41,342 nt of DNA from Sporomusaceae bacterium. GTDB lineage: Bacteria; Bacillota; Negativicutes; DSM-13327. Below the pieces are notes generated by a model, which ran no database searches, had not been told where the DNA came from, and saw only the letters and a list, made by a program, of their open reading frames with translations. Both the position numbers and the translations under genes were made by a program. This document shows, one piece after another, positions 21,640-35,432 of this stretch (the first letter of the stretch is position 1; each line of letters starts with the position of its first letter). The stretch is taken from NCBI GenBank assembly GCA_027492445.1, contig JAPUES010000249.1:1-41342 (forward strand), read 5' to 3'.

Positions 21640-22308
21640 GTGGGTCAAAAAATACATCCTCATGGTTTGCGACTTGGTATCATTAAAACTTGGGATGCCA
21701 AGTGGTATGCTGGTAAAGACTTTGCGGCTAATCTTCATGAAGATTTGAAAATCCGTAAATTCATCAAAACAAAGGCCTTTAGCGCTGGTGTATCAAAGCT
21801 TGTAATTGAACGTGCATCAAATCGTGTTAAAGTTATTATTCATACAGCAAAACCTGGTATGATTATTGGTCGTGGTGGTGCTGGTATTGAAGATATGAAA
21901 AAAAGCCTAAAACAACTTACTGGTAAGCAAATTGATATAAATATTGCTGAAGTTAGACAACCTGATATGGATGCTCAATTGGTTGCGGAAAATATTGCGG
22001 CTCAACTAGAAAGACGCATTGCCTTCCGTCGTGCCATGAAACAATCCATTCAACGCACTATGCGCGTGGGCGCAAAAGGTATTAAAGTAATGGTAGGCGG
22101 TCGTTTAGGCGGCGCTGAGATTGCTAGAAGCGAAGCTGCTCGTGATGGTAGTATTCCACTTCATACACTGAGAGCTGATATTGATTATGGCACAGCTGAA
22201 GCACATACAACTTACGGCCTTATCGGCGTAAAAGTATGGATTTACAAAGGTGAAATTTTGCCAGAAGTGAAAAAGGTCGCTGCCGCTGTTGAAGGGAGCG
22301 AAATATAA
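21640..22308 (+). CDS. rpsC: 30S ribosomal protein S3
   Basis: [28 protein letters not shown]. Confidence 0.99.
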   Translation: MGQKIHPHGLRLGIIKTWDAKWYAGKDFAANLHEDLKIRKFIKTKAFSAGVSKLVIERASNRVKVIIHTAKPGMIIGRGGAGIEDMKKSLKQLTGKQIDINIAEVRQPDMDAQLVAENIAAQLERRIAFRRAMKQSIQRTMRVGAKGIKVMVGGRLGGAEIARSEAARDGSIPLHTLRADIDYGTAEAHTTYGLIGVKVWIYKGEILPEVKKVAAAVEGSEI

Positions 22309-22763
22309 TGCTACTGCCAAAAAGAGTAAAACATCGTAAACAATTCCGCGGTCGTATGAAGGGTAAAGCCCAAAGAGGCAGCACCGTAAGTCATGGCGAG
22401 TTCGGATTGGCAGCATGTGAACCAGCTTGGATCACTAACCGTCAAATCGAAGCAGCTCGTATTGCAATGACGCGTTATATTAAACGTGGTGGTAAAGTAT
22501 GGATTAAAATATTCCCAGATAAACCAATTACAGCTAAACCTGCTGAAACACGCATGGGTAGTGGTAAAGGTTCAACAGAATACTGGGTAGCAGTGGTAAA
22601 ACCAGGTCGTGTAATGTTTGAAATGGATGGCGTTAGCGAAGAAATGGCTAGAGAAGCCATGCGCTTAGCTGCTCATAAACTTCCTATTAAAACAAAATTT
22701 GTTAAACGGGAAGTTGCTGCTGAAGCCCAAGAAGAAGTGGGTGGTGAAGTAAATGAAGGTTAA
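22308..22763 (+). CDS. rplP: 50S ribosomal protein L16
   Basis: RQIEAAR, RMGSGKG. Confidence 0.99.
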   Translation: MLLPKRVKHRKQFRGRMKGKAQRGSTVSHGEFGLAACEPAWITNRQIEAARIAMTRYIKRGGKVWIKIFPDKPITAKPAETRMGSGKGSTEYWVAVVKPGRVMFEMDGVSEEMAREAMRLAAHKLPIKTKFVKREVAAEAQEEVGGEVNEG

Positions 22764-22956
22764 AGACTTCCGCGAAATGAACGCAACTGAACTTAACCAA
22801 AAAATGTCTGTACTCAAAGAAGAGCTATTTAACCTTAGATTTCAACTTGCTACCGGTCAGTTGGAAAATCCAATGCGGATTAAAGAAGTAAAAAAATCCA
22901 TAGCCCGCGTTAAGACGATTCAACGTGAACAGGAAATGAGTGTCAATCAAGGGTAG
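22753..22956 (+). CDS. rpmC: 50S ribosomal protein L29
   Basis: [14 protein letters not shown]. Confidence 0.98.
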   Translation: MKVKDFREMNATELNQKMSVLKEELFNLRFQLATGQLENPMRIKEVKKSIARVKTIQREQEMSVNQG

Positions 22957-23004
22957 CATTCTAATAGACGTTCTTAATTAAGAACGGAAGGAGGCTAATT
23001 GTAC

Positions 23005-23262
23005 GTGAGTGAAAGAAATGATCGTAAAGTAAAGATTGGTAAAGTAGTTAGCGATAAAATGGATAAAACAGTTGTTATAGCCATTGAACGTTTAGTACAA
23101 CATCCACTTTATAAAAAATCCATAAAGAAAACAGTGAGATTTAAAGCCCATGATGAAAATAACGACAGCCACACTGGTGATATCGTATCCGTCATGGAAA
23201 CTCGTCCTCTGTCTAAAGATAAACGTTGGAGAGTTGTAGAAGTTATTGAAAGAGCTAAATAG
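23005..23262 (+). CDS. rpsQ: 30S ribosomal protein S17
   Basis: [19 protein letters not shown] 23005 (TTG 22999 is an alternative). Confidence 0.98.
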   Translation: MSERNDRKVKIGKVVSDKMDKTVVIAIERLVQHPLYKKSIKKTVRFKAHDENNDSHTGDIVSVMETRPLSKDKRWRVVEVIERAK

Positions 23263-23298
23263 GTGAGGACTTAAAAGCCTCGATAAGGAGGAAATAGG

Positions 23299-23667
23299 AT
23301 GATTCAACAACAATCAATCCTTACTGTTGCTGATAACAGTGGTGCGAAACAAATCATGTGTATCAGAGCACTTGGCGGTTCATTCCGTAGATATGCTAAC
23401 ATCGGTGATGTTATTGTTGCGGCAGTAAAATCTGCTTCTCCCGGTGGTGCCGTTAAAAAAGGTGATGTAGTTAAAGCCGTAGTGGTTCGCTCCAAAAAAG
23501 GCTTACGTCGCCCTGACGGTTCTTATATCCGTTTTGATGAGAATGCTGCAGTTATCATAAAAGAAGATAAAAGCCCTAGAGGTACACGTATATTTGGGCC
23601 AGTAGCGAGAGAACTGCGTGAGAAAGATTTTATGAAGATAATCTCGCTGGCGCCGGAAGTAATCTAA
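23299..23667 (+). CDS. rplN: 50S ribosomal protein L14
   Basis: [19 protein letters not shown]. Confidence 0.99.
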   Translation: MIQQQSILTVADNSGAKQIMCIRALGGSFRRYANIGDVIVAAVKSASPGGAVKKGDVVKAVVVRSKKGLRRPDGSYIRFDENAAVIIKEDKSPRGTRIFGPVARELREKDFMKIISLAPEVI

Positions 23668-23684
23668 GTTAGGAGGTATCCGGA

Positions 23685-24023
23685 ATGTCAGAAGCCAAAA
23701 AATTACACGTCAAAAAAGGCGACATGGTTGTTGTTTTGACTGGTAAAGATAAAGGTAAAAAGGGTAAAGTAATTGAAGCATTACCTAAAAAGGCTAAAGT
23801 CCTAGTGGAAGGCCTAAATACAGTAAAGCGTCATACTAAACCTTCACAAAACATGCCACAAGGTGGTATTGTTGTGAAAGAAGCTTTAATGCATTCAGCT
23901 AAAGTAATGTTGGTTTGCCCAGCATGCGATAAAGCAACACGCATTAAAAAATCTCCTCTTGCAAATGGAGTTATGGCTCGTACTTGCAAAAAATGTGGAG
24001 AAATTATCGATAAAGACAAATAA
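23685..24023 (+). CDS. rplX: 50S ribosomal protein L24 (two CxxC pairs)
   Basis: KKGDMV, GKDKGKKG KOW motif; CPAC...CKKC. Confidence 0.99.
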   Translation: MSEAKKLHVKKGDMVVVLTGKDKGKKGKVIEALPKKAKVLVEGLNTVKRHTKPSQNMPQGGIVVKEALMHSAKVMLVCPACDKATRIKKSPLANGVMARTCKKCGEIIDKDK

Positions 24024-24048
24024 TCACGCAGAAAGGAGGTAACTACAC

Positions 24049-24588
24049 TTGTCCAGAATGAAAGATAAATATAATGATGAAGTAGCAAAAGGACTCATGG
24101 AGAAATTTGGCTACAAAAATATTATGGAAATCCCTAAGATTGAAAAAGTGGTAATAAATATGGGTGTCGGTGAAGCAGTCAGTAACCCTAAGATTTTGGA
24201 TGTTGCAGTGAATGACATGATGACAATTGCTGGTCAAAAGCCAGTGGTAACACGTGCTAAAAAATCAATCGCAGCATTTAAAATCCGTGAAGGTATGCCA
24301 ATCGGTGCTAAGGTTACCCTGCGTGGAGAACGGATGTACCAGTTTTTAGATAAATTGTTAAACATTGCGTTACCACGTGTGCGTGACTTTCGTGGCGTAA
24401 GCCCTAAATCTTTTGATGGTCGTGGTAATTATACTATGGGCATTAAAGAACAATTAATTTTCCCAGAAATCGAATATGATAAAATTGATAAAATTCGCGG
24501 TATGGATATCATTATTGTAACCACTGCGAAAACGGATGAAGAAGCACGTGAACTGTTGAAGCTTATGGGCATGCCGTTCAGTGCGTAA
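24049..24588 (+). CDS. rplE: 50S ribosomal protein L5
   Basis: [23 protein letters not shown]. Confidence 0.99.
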   Translation: MSRMKDKYNDEVAKGLMEKFGYKNIMEIPKIEKVVINMGVGEAVSNPKILDVAVNDMMTIAGQKPVVTRAKKSIAAFKIREGMPIGAKVTLRGERMYQFLDKLLNIALPRVRDFRGVSPKSFDGRGNYTMGIKEQLIFPEIEYDKIDKIRGMDIIIVTTAKTDEEARELLKLMGMPFSA

Positions 24589-24603
24589 AGAGGAGGGACA
24601 CTC

Positions 24604-24789
24604 GTGGCCAAAAAAGCAATGATTGAAAAATGGAAGCTGGAGCCTAAGTTTAGCGTACGAAAGTACAATAGATGTAAGGTCTGCGGTCGTCCGCATGGTT
24701 ATTTGCGTAAGTTTGAAATGTGCCGTATTTGCTTTAGGGAATTGAGCTATAAAGGTGTCATTCCTGGTATAACTAAGGCTAGTTGGTAG
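24604..24789 (+). CDS. rpsN: 30S ribosomal protein S14 type Z (zinc-binding)
   Basis: 61 aa; RCKVCGR...CRICFRE. Confidence 0.98.
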   Translation: MAKKAMIEKWKLEPKFSVRKYNRCKVCGRPHGYLRKFEMCRICFRELSYKGVIPGITKASW

Positions 24790-24817
24790 ATTAACACAGG
24801 AAGGAGGTTATGTTTAA

Positions 24818-25216
24818 ATGGTAATGACCGATCCAGTTGCAGATATGCTTACTCGTATTCGTAATGCAAACTCGGTTTATCATGATAAAGTAGAGATTCC
24901 AGCTTCAAAAATTAAGCAAGCAATTGCTCAAGTATTGAAAGCAGAGGGCTTTATCAAGGATTTTGAGATAATCAAAGACGATAAACAAGGAATGCTAAGA
25001 GCAAGCTTAAAATATGGTCCTAATCGTGAGAAAGTAATCACTGGTATAAAGCGTATTTCCAAACCTGGACTACGTGTTTATGTAAAAAGCGAGCAAATGC
25101 CTCGTGTACTTGGTGGACTTGGTATTGCAATTATTTCAACATCAAAAGGTATCATGACAGACAAACAAGCGCGTCGTGATGGACTTGGTGGCGAAGTACT
25201 CGCATTCGTCTGGTAA
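24818..25216 (+). CDS. rpsH: 30S ribosomal protein S8
   Basis: [20 protein letters not shown]. Confidence 0.99.
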   Translation: MVMTDPVADMLTRIRNANSVYHDKVEIPASKIKQAIAQVLKAEGFIKDFEIIKDDKQGMLRASLKYGPNREKVITGIKRISKPGLRVYVKSEQMPRVLGGLGIAIISTSKGIMTDKQARRDGLGGEVLAFVW

Positions 25217-25240
25217 TTTTTTAGTTAAGGAGGTGCACAT

Positions 25241-25792
25241 ATGTCAAGAATTGGTAGAATGCCAATTGCTGTTCCTGCAGATGTAACAATTACAATTGAT
25301 GACAGCAATTTGGTATCTGTAAAAGGACCGAAAGGCGAATTGACTCGTGCCATTCATAAAGATATGATATTGACATTGGAAGATAATGTTCTTGTTGTAA
25401 CAAGACCTTCCGATGAAAAAGAACATAGATCTTTGCATGGATTAACTCGTACTTTATTGTCCAATATGGTTGAAGGCGTTACTAAAGGTTTTACAAAAAC
25501 CCTTGAAATTGTCGGCGTTGGTTTCAGAGCGGCAAAAGTAAATGGTAAACTTGCCTTGACCTTAGGATTTTCTCATCCACTAGAAATCGAGCCACCTGTA
25601 GGCATGGGAATTGATGTTCCTGCTCCTAACCGGATTATCGTTTCTGGTATTAGTAAAGAAGATGTTGGTGCATTAGCAGCTAAAATCCGTAAATACCGTG
25701 AACCAGAGCCTTATAAAGGTAAAGGTGTTCGTTATGAAGGTGAAGTTGTACGTCGTAAAGCTGGTAAAGCTGGCGGTAAAGGCAAGAAGTAA
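25241..25792 (+). CDS. rplF: 50S ribosomal protein L6
   Basis: [13 protein letters not shown]. Confidence 0.99.
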   Translation: MSRIGRMPIAVPADVTITIDDSNLVSVKGPKGELTRAIHKDMILTLEDNVLVVTRPSDEKEHRSLHGLTRTLLSNMVEGVTKGFTKTLEIVGVGFRAAKVNGKLALTLGFSHPLEIEPPVGMGIDVPAPNRIIVSGISKEDVGALAAKIRKYREPEPYKGKGVRYEGEVVRRKAGKAGGKGKK

Positions 25793-25818
25793 GATTTTAA
25801 GCGGAAGGAGTGACCACT

Positions 25819-26187
25819 TTGATTCGTAAAGGAATTAAAAATAAAGCTAGACTAAAACGCCATTTGCGTGTGCGTAAAGGCGTATCAGGTACTGCTGCAA
25901 GACCACGCTTGAATGTATTTCGCAGCCTAAGTCATATTTATGCGCAAATCATTGATGATGTTACTGGTACTACATTAGTGGCAGCTAGCACCATGGATAA
26001 AGATTTAAGCATAGCAAATGAGTATGGCGGTAATATCGCAGCAGCTAAAGTTGTAGGTGCAGCAGTTGCTACCCGTGCATTAGCTAAAGGTATTAGCAAA
26101 GTGGTATTTGACCGTGGTGGTTATATCTATCATGGTAGAGTAGCAGCTTTGGCCCAGGCAGCACGTGAAGCAGGGCTGGAATTTTAA
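25819..26187 (+). CDS. rplR: 50S ribosomal protein L18
   Basis: [23 protein letters not shown] 25819 best spaced from GGAAGGAG. Confidence 0.98.
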   Translation: MIRKGIKNKARLKRHLRVRKGVSGTAARPRLNVFRSLSHIYAQIIDDVTGTTLVAASTMDKDLSIANEYGGNIAAAKVVGAAVATRALAKGISKVVFDRGGYIYHGRVAALAQAAREAGLEF

Positions 26188-26205
26188 GCAAAAGGAGGTA
26201 AGTGA

Positions 26206-26709
26206 ATGTCCAAGATGATTGATTACACAACTCTCGATTTAAAAGAGAAAGTTGTATTCATAAACCGAGTTGCTAAAGTAGTAAAAGGCGGTCGCCGCTT
26301 TTCATTCAGTGCATTGGTAGTTGTCGGTGACGAGAACGGCCATGTTGGCGCTGGACTAGGTAAAGCTGGTGAAGTACCTGAGGCAATCCGTAAAGGTGTT
26401 GAAGATGCGAAAAAGAATCTTATCAAAGTTCCTCTAAGAGGCACTACGATTCCTCATCAAATTTTAGGCGTATTTGGCGCTGGAAAAGTATTCATGAAGC
26501 CTGCATCTGAAGGTACTGGCGTAATTGCTGGTGGTCCTGTACGTGCGGTACTTGAACTTTCTGGAATTCATGATATATTAACAAAATCCCTTGGTTCAAA
26601 TAACCCTAACAATATGGTACGCGCTACATTAACTGGTTTGCAACAATTGAAGCGTGCAGAGCAAGTAGCAGCACTTCGTGGTAAAACCGTTCAGCAAATT
26701 CTGGGTTAA
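26206..26709 (+). CDS. rpsE: 30S ribosomal protein S5
   Basis: [18 protein letters not shown]. Confidence 0.99.
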   Translation: MSKMIDYTTLDLKEKVVFINRVAKVVKGGRRFSFSALVVVGDENGHVGAGLGKAGEVPEAIRKGVEDAKKNLIKVPLRGTTIPHQILGVFGAGKVFMKPASEGTGVIAGGPVRAVLELSGIHDILTKSLGSNNPNNMVRATLTGLQQLKRAEQVAALRGKTVQQILG

Positions 26710-26721
26710 GGAGGAATTATA

Positions 26722-26907
26722 ATGGCAACACTCAAAGTCACTCTAACCAGAAGCCTGATCGGCAGACCAGAGGATCAAAGAGCTACTGTAAAGGCCCTGG
26801 GACTTAAAAAAACAAATTCTTTCGTTATTCAAGATGACACCCCTGTCATTCGTGGCATGGTTCGTAAAGTAGAGCATCTTGTTACTGTTGAAGAAATACA
26901 AGACTAA
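26722..26907 (+). CDS. rpmD: 50S ribosomal protein L30
   Basis: RSLIGR, LGLKK; position between rpsE and rplO. Confidence 0.98.
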   Translation: MATLKVTLTRSLIGRPEDQRATVKALGLKKTNSFVIQDDTPVIRGMVRKVEHLVTVEEIQD

Positions 26908-26927
26908 TTTGAGAGGAGGTGCTAATA

Positions 26928-27368
26928 ATGAAATTACATGAATTAGCTCCTGCGCCTGGTTCGAGAAAAGTACGTACTCGTGTAGGTCGAGGACTCGGTT
27001 CAGGCCTTGGTAAGACATCTGGTAGAGGTCATAAAGGTCAGAATTCCCGTGCTGGTGGCGGTACTCGTGCTGGTTTTGAGGGCGGTCAAATGCCACTTTA
27101 CCGTAGACTACCAAAACGTGGTTTTCATAACAAGTTTGCTAAAGAGTATGCAGAAGTAAATATTTCAGAACTTAATCGTTTTGAAGCAGGCTCTGTAGTT
27201 GACCCAGTGGCTTTAATTGAAGCTGGGGTACTCAAAAATGTTCGTGATGGCGTACGTATACTAGGCAACGGCGAAATTACTAAATCACTTAGCGTAATTG
27301 CGAATGGCTTTACCAAGTCAGCACAGGAAAAAATTATTGCTGCTGGCGGAAAAGTCGAGGTGGTCTAA
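26928..27368 (+). CDS. rplO: 50S ribosomal protein L15
   Basis: [19 protein letters not shown] 26928 after AGGAGGT. Confidence 0.99.
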   Translation: MKLHELAPAPGSRKVRTRVGRGLGSGLGKTSGRGHKGQNSRAGGGTRAGFEGGQMPLYRRLPKRGFHNKFAKEYAEVNISELNRFEAGSVVDPVALIEAGVLKNVRDGVRILGNGEITKSLSVIANGFTKSAQEKIIAAGGKVEVV

Positions 27369-29292
<1,924 letters not shown>

Positions 29293-29294
29293 GT

Positions 29295-30041
29295 ATGATC
29301 ATACTTAAATCAGAGCGGGAAATAAACTACCTGCGTGATGCTGGTAAAATAGTAGCTGAGACTCATGTAGAAGTGAAGAAAGCTGTTAAACCTGGTGTCA
29401 CAACGCTGGATCTGGATGAAATTGCCGAAGAATATATAAAGAGCCGTGGTGCTATCCCTGCTTTTAAGGGATATCACGGCTTTACTGGAAATATCTGTGC
29501 TTCTATAAATGAAGAAGTCGTACATGGTATTCCAGGACTAAAAAAGTTAAAAAATGGGGATAATATTAGTATTGACATTGGCGCGGTAATTAATGGATAC
29601 AATGGTGATGCTGCGATAACGGTTCCGGTTGGTGAGGTCGATGCTGAAGTACAGAAACTTTTGGATGTAACAGAAGAATCTTTATATAAGGGTATTGAAC
29701 AAGCTATTGTTGGTAATCGTTTGAGTGACATTTCCCATGCTGTCCAGCTTCACGTCGAGCAACATGGTTTTGGTGTAGTACGTGATTATGTTGGGCATGG
29801 TATTGGTCGGAGTATGCATGAAGATCCACAGGTGCCTAATTTTGGCAGTCCTGGCCGTGGTCCACGATTAAAAGCTGGTATGACTTTGGCAATAGAGCCG
29901 ATGGTTAATCTGGGCACATATGAAGTTAAGACACTTGACGACGGTTGGACAGTTGTAACTCTTGACGGCAAGCGCTCAGCGCATTTTGAACATTCCATTG
30001 CCATCACTGACGGTAAGCCGGAGATTCTAACTAAGTTATAG
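29295..30041 (+). CDS. map: Methionine aminopeptidase type I
   Basis: VVHGIP, GHGIG, HEDP, SAHFEH. Confidence 0.99.
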   Translation: MIILKSEREINYLRDAGKIVAETHVEVKKAVKPGVTTLDLDEIAEEYIKSRGAIPAFKGYHGFTGNICASINEEVVHGIPGLKKLKNGDNISIDIGAVINGYNGDAAITVPVGEVDAEVQKLLDVTEESLYKGIEQAIVGNRLSDISHAVQLHVEQHGFGVVRDYVGHGIGRSMHEDPQVPNFGSPGRGPRLKAGMTLAIEPMVNLGTYEVKTLDDGWTVVTLDGKRSAHFEHSIAITDGKPEILTKL

Positions 30042-30053
30042 GAGGCAGCTCTG

Positions 30054-30338
30054 GTGTCAGTAGTGAAGATAGAAAATGGTCAACTTGTTACTAGTAATGC
30101 TGGACGTGATCAAACTAATGTGTATTTGGTAATTGGAACTTTGAAGAATAACTATCTTTTGCTGGTAAACGGCAGGGATCGAAAAATAAAAAATCCTAAA
30201 CAAAAAAACATTAGGCATGTCAATGTTCTTGCACCTATTGCCCAAGGAATGGCGGAAAAAATTCAAGCTGGTTTTAACATAACAGATGAAGAAATCCGAC
30301 AAGCCATAAAGGTTTTATACAAACCAGATAATCTGTGA
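30054..30338 (+). CDS. KOW-domain RNA-binding protein (L14e-like)
   Basis: GQLVTSNAGRD...PKQKNIRH; typical map-infA position in Firmicutes. Confidence 0.85.
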   Translation: MSVVKIENGQLVTSNAGRDQTNVYLVIGTLKNNYLLLVNGRDRKIKNPKQKNIRHVNVLAPIAQGMAEKIQAGFNITDEEIRQAIKVLYKPDNL

Positions 30339-30362
30339 AAAGCGGACTAGGAGGGATGTCTC

Positions 30363-30581
30363 GTGTCCAAACAAGATGCAATTGAGGTTGAAGGTACGGT
30401 TCTCGAAGCCTTGCCTAATGCTATGTTCCAGGTTAAGCTGGAAAACGAGCATGTCGTACTGGCGCATGTATCAGGTAAGATACGCATGAATTTTATACGA
30501 ATTTTGCCTGGAGATAAAGTAACTGTAGAACTTACGCCTTATGACTTAAAGCGCGGCCGTATTACCTACCGTTTCAAATAG
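30363..30581 (+). CDS. infA: Translation initiation factor IF-1
   Basis: [21 protein letters not shown]. Confidence 0.99.
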   Translation: MSKQDAIEVEGTVLEALPNAMFQVKLENEHVVLAHVSGKIRMNFIRILPGDKVTVELTPYDLKRGRITYRFK

Positions 30582-30659
30582 CGGATTCGTAAAGAAGTTG
30601 GCTTTCGATGTAACGTTGATTGCGCGAGTTCGTGAATATATGAAAAGGAGGACTGGCAA

Positions 30660-30773
30660 ATGAAAGTAAGAGCGTCGGTCAAGACCATTTGTGAAAAATG
30701 TAAGGTTATCAAACGCAATGGACATGTAATGGTGATTTGCGAAAATCCTAAACATAAACAAAAGCAAGGATAG
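30660..30773 (+). CDS. rpmJ: 50S ribosomal protein L36 (absent from the ORF track)
   Basis: Hand translation [47 protein letters not shown]. Confidence 0.98.
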   Translation: MKVRASVKTICEKCKVIKRNGHVMVICENPKHKQKQG

Positions 30774-30787
30774 GAGGTGTACTATAC

Positions 30788-31159
30788 ATGGCACGTATTG
30801 CCGGAGTAGATTTACCACGTGATAAAAGAATTGAAATCGCTTTAACATATATTTTTGGTATTGGTCTTACGACTTCCAAAGAAATCATCGCGACTACTGG
30901 GATTAGTCCTGATACACGCACTCGTGATTTAACAGAAGAAGAAGTTGTAAAACTACGTGAGGCTATTGATAAAAATTATAGAGTGGAAGGCGACCTACGT
31001 CGTGAACAGTCACTCAACATTAAACGTCTAATCGAAATCGGTTGCTATCGTGGTAAGCGTCATCGTATGGGTCTTCCTGTACGCGGTCAACGCACAAAAA
31101 CGAATGCCCGTACTCGCAAAGGACCTAAGAGAACCGTTGGGGCGAAAAAGAAGAAGTAA
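30788..31159 (+). CDS. rpsM: 30S ribosomal protein S13
   Basis: [25 protein letters not shown]. Confidence 0.99.
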   Translation: MARIAGVDLPRDKRIEIALTYIFGIGLTTSKEIIATTGISPDTRTRDLTEEEVVKLREAIDKNYRVEGDLRREQSLNIKRLIEIGCYRGKRHRMGLPVRGQRTKTNARTRKGPKRTVGAKKKK

Positions 31160-31176
31160 TAAAGGAGGGATAAAGA

Positions 31177-31569
31177 TTGGTTGCTAAGAAAGTTATTAGA
31201 CCTAAAAGAAAAGAACGTAAAAATATTGAACATGGTCAAGCACATATTCGTTCTACTTTTAACAACACTATTGTAACGATTACTGATACAAAAGGTAATG
31301 CTCTTTCATGGGCTAGTGCTGGCGGACTTGGTTTCAGAGGTTCTCGTAAGAGTACTCCTTTTGCTGCACAAATGGCAGCAGAAACAGCTGCAAAAGCGGC
31401 AATGGAACATGGTCTTAAACATGTAGAAGTATTTGTAAAAGGACCTGGATCAGGCCGGGAAGCAGCCATTAGATCACTGCAAGCATCTGGATTGGAAGTA
31501 AGTTCCATCAAAGATTGCACACCAGTACCTCATAATGGATGTCGCCCACCTAAGCGTAGAAGAGTTTAA
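31177..31569 (+). CDS. rpsK: 30S ribosomal protein S11
   Basis: [28 protein letters not shown]. Confidence 0.99.
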   Translation: MVAKKVIRPKRKERKNIEHGQAHIRSTFNNTIVTITDTKGNALSWASAGGLGFRGSRKSTPFAAQMAAETAAKAAMEHGLKHVEVFVKGPGSGREAAIRSLQASGLEVSSIKDCTPVPHNGCRPPKRRRV

Positions 31570-31595
31570 AAAGTTTCGGGAGGTGTTAAATATAA

Positions 31596-32231
31596 ATGGC
31601 TAAATATACAGGACCTGTTTGTCGCTTATGCCGTCGTGAAGGCGTAAAATTATATCTTAAAGGCGAAAGATGCTATACTGATAAATGCTCATTTGCTAAA
31701 CGTGCTTTTGCACCTGGTCAACATGGACAAGGACAAACTCGTAAAAAAGTTTCCGAGTATGGTGTTCAACTTCGTGAAAAACAAAAAACACGTCGCGTGT
31801 ATGGCATCTTAGAAGGCCAATTCCGTGGCTATTTTGGGAAAGCTGATCGTCAAAAAGGTATTACTGGTGAGAACTTACTAGTACTACTAGAAAGAAGATT
31901 AGATAATGTGGTGTTCCGTCTTGGTTTTGCGGCAAGCCGCTCACAAGCTAGACAATTAGTTCGTCACAGACATTTCCTTGTCAATGGTAAAAGAGTAGAT
32001 ATTCCATCTTATCTATTGAAAGCAGATGATGTTATTTCTGTACGTGAATCTAGCAAAGAATCACCGTTACTAAAAGAAATTGCAGAAAACTTTGCAAGTA
32101 AAACTCTTCCATCCTGGTTAGAAAGATCAGCAGAAGAGATGATGAGTGGTAAAGTATTGCGCTACCCCACCCGTGAGGAAATTGATACTCCAGTTCAAGA
32201 ACACTTCATTGTTGAATTGTACTCTAGATAA
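31596..32231 (+). CDS. rpsD: 30S ribosomal protein S4 (Cys4 metal-binding form)
   Basis: CRLCRREG...[18 protein letters not shown]. Confidence 0.99.
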   Translation: MAKYTGPVCRLCRREGVKLYLKGERCYTDKCSFAKRAFAPGQHGQGQTRKKVSEYGVQLREKQKTRRVYGILEGQFRGYFGKADRQKGITGENLLVLLERRLDNVVFRLGFAASRSQARQLVRHRHFLVNGKRVDIPSYLLKADDVISVRESSKESPLLKEIAENFASKTLPSWLERSAEEMMSGKVLRYPTREEIDTPVQEHFIVELYSR

Positions 32232-32313
32232 TCATTAACATGTAATCCTAATGTATGCCCTCGCCGTGGGTATGGCGTAACGTAATAGTGCGCAAAGAGG
32301 AGGGTTTTTCCCA

Positions 32314-33273
32314 ATGATCGAAATCGAAAAACCGAAGATTGAGATAGTGGAAATTAGTGAAAACAATCGTTATGGTAAATTTGTATGTGAGCCCCTTGAT
32401 CGTGGTTATGGTACTACGCTAGGTAACAGTTTGCGTCGTATCTTATTATCCTCCCTTACAGGGGCTGCCATTACATCGATTAAAATTGACGGTGTTCTTC
32501 ATGAGTTTTCTACCATTCCTGGTGTTCGGGAAGACGTTACGGACATTATTTTGAATTTGAAAACATTGTGCTTAAAAATGCATACCGATGAACCAAAAGT
32601 ATTACGGATTGAAGCTCTTACAGAAGGTGAAGTCACCGCAGGTGATATCATTACCGATTCTGACATTGAGATTCTAAATCCAGAATTACATTTGGCGACA
32701 GTGGATGCTAGCGGATCACTGAAAATGGAATTAACCGTAGAACGCGGTCGGGGTTATGTTCCTGCTGATAAGAACAAAAAACCTGATCATGTAATTGGTG
32801 TTATTCCTATTGATTCCATTTTTTCTCCTATTCAACGAGTTAATTATCAAATCACCGACACCCGTGTAGGCAATGTCACTGATTATGATAAATTAACCCT
32901 TGAAGTATGGACGGATGGTAGTTTGCGCCCTGAAGAAGCAGTTAGTAAATCTGCTAGTATTATGGTAGCACATTTGAAACTGTTTCAGAATTTGGCAGGC
33001 ATTCTTCCTGAAGAAGAAATTGCTGATGGAACCTTTACAGAAGTTGTAGAAGATAGCAACGCTAAAATAATGGATATGACGATTGAAGATCTTGATCTTT
33101 CCGTACGTTCCTATAATTGTTTGAAGCGAGCTGGAATCAATAATGTATCTGAATTAGTACAAAAATCCGAAGATGATATGATGAAGGTTCGTAACCTTGG
33201 TCGTAAATCAATGGAAGAAGTAAAGAAAAAACTTATCGAACTAAGCCTAGGGCTTAGTGAAGATGAAGAGTAA
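32314..33273 (+). CDS. rpoA: RNA polymerase alpha subunit
   Basis: [29 protein letters not shown]. Confidence 0.99.
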   Translation: MIEIEKPKIEIVEISENNRYGKFVCEPLDRGYGTTLGNSLRRILLSSLTGAAITSIKIDGVLHEFSTIPGVREDVTDIILNLKTLCLKMHTDEPKVLRIEALTEGEVTAGDIITDSDIEILNPELHLATVDASGSLKMELTVERGRGYVPADKNKKPDHVIGVIPIDSIFSPIQRVNYQITDTRVGNVTDYDKLTLEVWTDGSLRPEEAVSKSASIMVAHLKLFQNLAGILPEEEIADGTFTEVVEDSNAKIMDMTIEDLDLSVRSYNCLKRAGINNVSELVQKSEDDMMKVRNLGRKSMEEVKKKLIELSLGLSEDEE

Positions 33274-33287
33274 GGGGAGGGAAGAAA

Positions 33288-33626
33288 ATGGGCTATAGAA
33301 AGTTAGGACGGGACTCTAGCGCACGTAAAGCGTTGTTCCGCAGCATTTTAACTTCCTTCTTTGCATACGAGCGTATTGAGACAACAGAAGCAAAAGCTAA
33401 AGAAATCAACGGCCTTGCCGAAAAATTGATTACCTTAGCTAAGCGCGGTGATTTACATGCTCGCCGCCAAGTGTTATCATACCTCATGGCTGAAGAAGTA
33501 GTTACAAAATTGTTTGAAACAATTGCTCCTAAATATGCTGATCGTCAAGGTGGCTATACTCGTATTATGAAACTTGGACCACGTCGTGGCGATGCGGCTC
33601 CAATGGTAATATTAGAATTGGTCTAA
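33288..33626 (+). CDS. rplQ: 50S ribosomal protein L17
   Basis: [22 protein letters not shown]. Confidence 0.99.
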   Translation: MGYRKLGRDSSARKALFRSILTSFFAYERIETTEAKAKEINGLAEKLITLAKRGDLHARRQVLSYLMAEEVVTKLFETIAPKYADRQGGYTRIMKLGPRRGDAAPMVILELV

Positions 33627-33698
33627 ACTTACAAATGGGCCAGGTGACAAGGGCGCATAACTTGGCCTAGTTGCCTGGTTATTGTGGTATATAGGGAA

Positions 33699-33730
33699 AA
33701 AGGCGGCCTTTATAGGTCGCCTTTATTTCT
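33699..33730 (+). terminator. Terminator-like hairpin after rplQ (imperfect U tract)
   Basis: AAAGGCGGCCT-TTAT-AGGTCGCCTTT-ATTTCT; preceded by another hairpin at 33639-33679. Confidence 0.6.
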
Positions 33731-33749
33731 ACTGCTTAAAGGAGTACAT

Positions 33750-34583
33750 ATGGAAACATTTATTACTGTGAAAGATATGTGCCATTCTTATACTGCTCAT
33801 GATAGCACACAAGTAGTGGCACTTGATCATATAAATCTATCAATTTATAAGGGTGAATTTGTAGCAATTATTGGTGCTAATGGCTCTGGTAAATCCACCT
33901 TAGCCAAGCATTTTAATGCCCTTTTATTACCAAGTAGTGGTCAGTGCTTAGTCAAAGGCTTTGACACTTCTGACCTTTCTAATATTTGGCCTGTAAGACA
34001 AGTAGTAGGAATGGTTTTTCAAAATCCAGACAACCAAATCGTAGCTACTGTCGTAGAAGAAGATGTAGCTTTTGGTCCAGAAAATCTAGGAATAGAACCT
34101 ACAGAAATTAAATTACGCGTAGCTGAATCCTTAAAAGTAGTAAATATGGAAGACTATCGACATCATAGCCCTCATTTGCTATCGGGTGGACAAAAACAAC
34201 GAGTTGCAATCGCTGGCGTGTTAGCCATGCACTCTGATTGCCTGGTCCTCGATGAACCTACTGCCATGTTAGACCCTAAAGGACGGCAGGAAGTATTGTC
34301 TACCGTATGTAATTTGCACAAAGAAAAGAAGATTACCGTTGTCTATATTACGCACTTTATGGAAGAAGCAGTAGTAGCGGATCGGGTAATTGTAATGAAT
34401 AATGGCAAAGTTATGATGGAAGGTCTGCCTAGTGAAATCTTTAGCCAAGTAACTCTATTAAAAGAATTAGGGCTTGATGTACCTGTGGCTGCAGAAATGG
34501 CCTATCGGCTAAAAGAACATAATATTAATCTGCCAGAAAAAATTATTACGGATGAAGAACTGGTGGTGAATTTGTGTCCATAA
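33750..34583 (+). CDS. ecfA1: ECF transporter ATPase A1
   Basis: GANGSGKST, VFQNPDNQ, LSGGQKQR; ATG 33750 after AAGGAG. Confidence 0.96.
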   Translation: METFITVKDMCHSYTAHDSTQVVALDHINLSIYKGEFVAIIGANGSGKSTLAKHFNALLLPSSGQCLVKGFDTSDLSNIWPVRQVVGMVFQNPDNQIVATVVEEDVAFGPENLGIEPTEIKLRVAESLKVVNMEDYRHHSPHLLSGGQKQRVAIAGVLAMHSDCLVLDEPTAMLDPKGRQEVLSTVCNLHKEKKITVVYITHFMEEAVVADRVIVMNNGKVMMEGLPSEIFSQVTLLKELGLDVPVAAEMAYRLKEHNINLPEKIITDEELVVNLCP

Positions 34584-35431
34584 TATTAAAAGATATCTCA
34601 TATATATATATGGCAAAAACACCCTATGAAAAGGTAGCCATTAAAAATATTACGATGGAAATCAAACAAGGTGAATTTGTTGGTATCATTGGTCATACTG
34701 GGTCAGGTAAATCTACATTGCTGCAACATTTAAATGGCTTACTAAAACCTACAATGGGGCAAGTAACAGTAGAAGGCCAAGATATAAATTCCAAAGGTGA
34801 AGGGGCTCGCCTGGGAAGGCAAAGGGTGGGGATGGTATTTCAATACCCTGAGCATCAATTATTCGAGGAAACAGTCTACGAGGATATCGCCTTTGGTCCT
34901 CGCAATATGGGTTTTGAAGAAGCTGAAGTAGACCGTCGCGTAAAAAAAGCAATGAATTTTGTTGGTCTAGATTATGAGCAGTTTACTAATCGTTCCCCCC
35001 TGCAGCTCAGCGGCGGGCAAATGCGGCGCGTGGCCATTGCTGGAGTGATTGCCTTAGAGCCTGCTTATTTAATATTAGATGAACCATCCGCTGGTCTTGA
35101 TCCTAGAGGCCGGGATGAAATTTTTGGGCAGATTATTAAGCTATATGAGAATACGGACATTACTGTAATATTAGTATCGCATAATATGGAAGACATCGCT
35201 CGCATGGTAAACCGCCTCATTGTTATGAATGGGGGAGAAGTTAGCTTAGATGGTACACCAGCAGATATTTTTCGCAACTGTCAGGCACAGCTAAAACAAG
35301 CAGGAGTAGATGTTCCCCCTCTTACCTTACTTATGAATAAATTCAATCAGAGCGGTTTAGCCGTTGATGAGACGGTTGTGTCAATGGATGCTGCAGTCGA
35401 CAGTGTGCTTACAGCAGTAAGGAGACGATAA
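34574..35431 (+). CDS. ecfA2: ECF transporter ATPase A2
   Basis: GHTGSGKST, VFQYPEHQLFEET, LSGGQMRR. Confidence 0.96.
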   Translation: MSIILKDISYIYMAKTPYEKVAIKNITMEIKQGEFVGIIGHTGSGKSTLLQHLNGLLKPTMGQVTVEGQDINSKGEGARLGRQRVGMVFQYPEHQLFEETVYEDIAFGPRNMGFEEAEVDRRVKKAMNFVGLDYEQFTNRSPLQLSGGQMRRVAIAGVIALEPAYLILDEPSAGLDPRGRDEIFGQIIKLYENTDITVILVSHNMEDIARMVNRLIVMNGGEVSLDGTPADIFRNCQAQLKQAGVDVPPLTLLMNKFNQSGLAVDETVVSMDAAVDSVLTAVRRR

Positions 35432-35432
35432 A

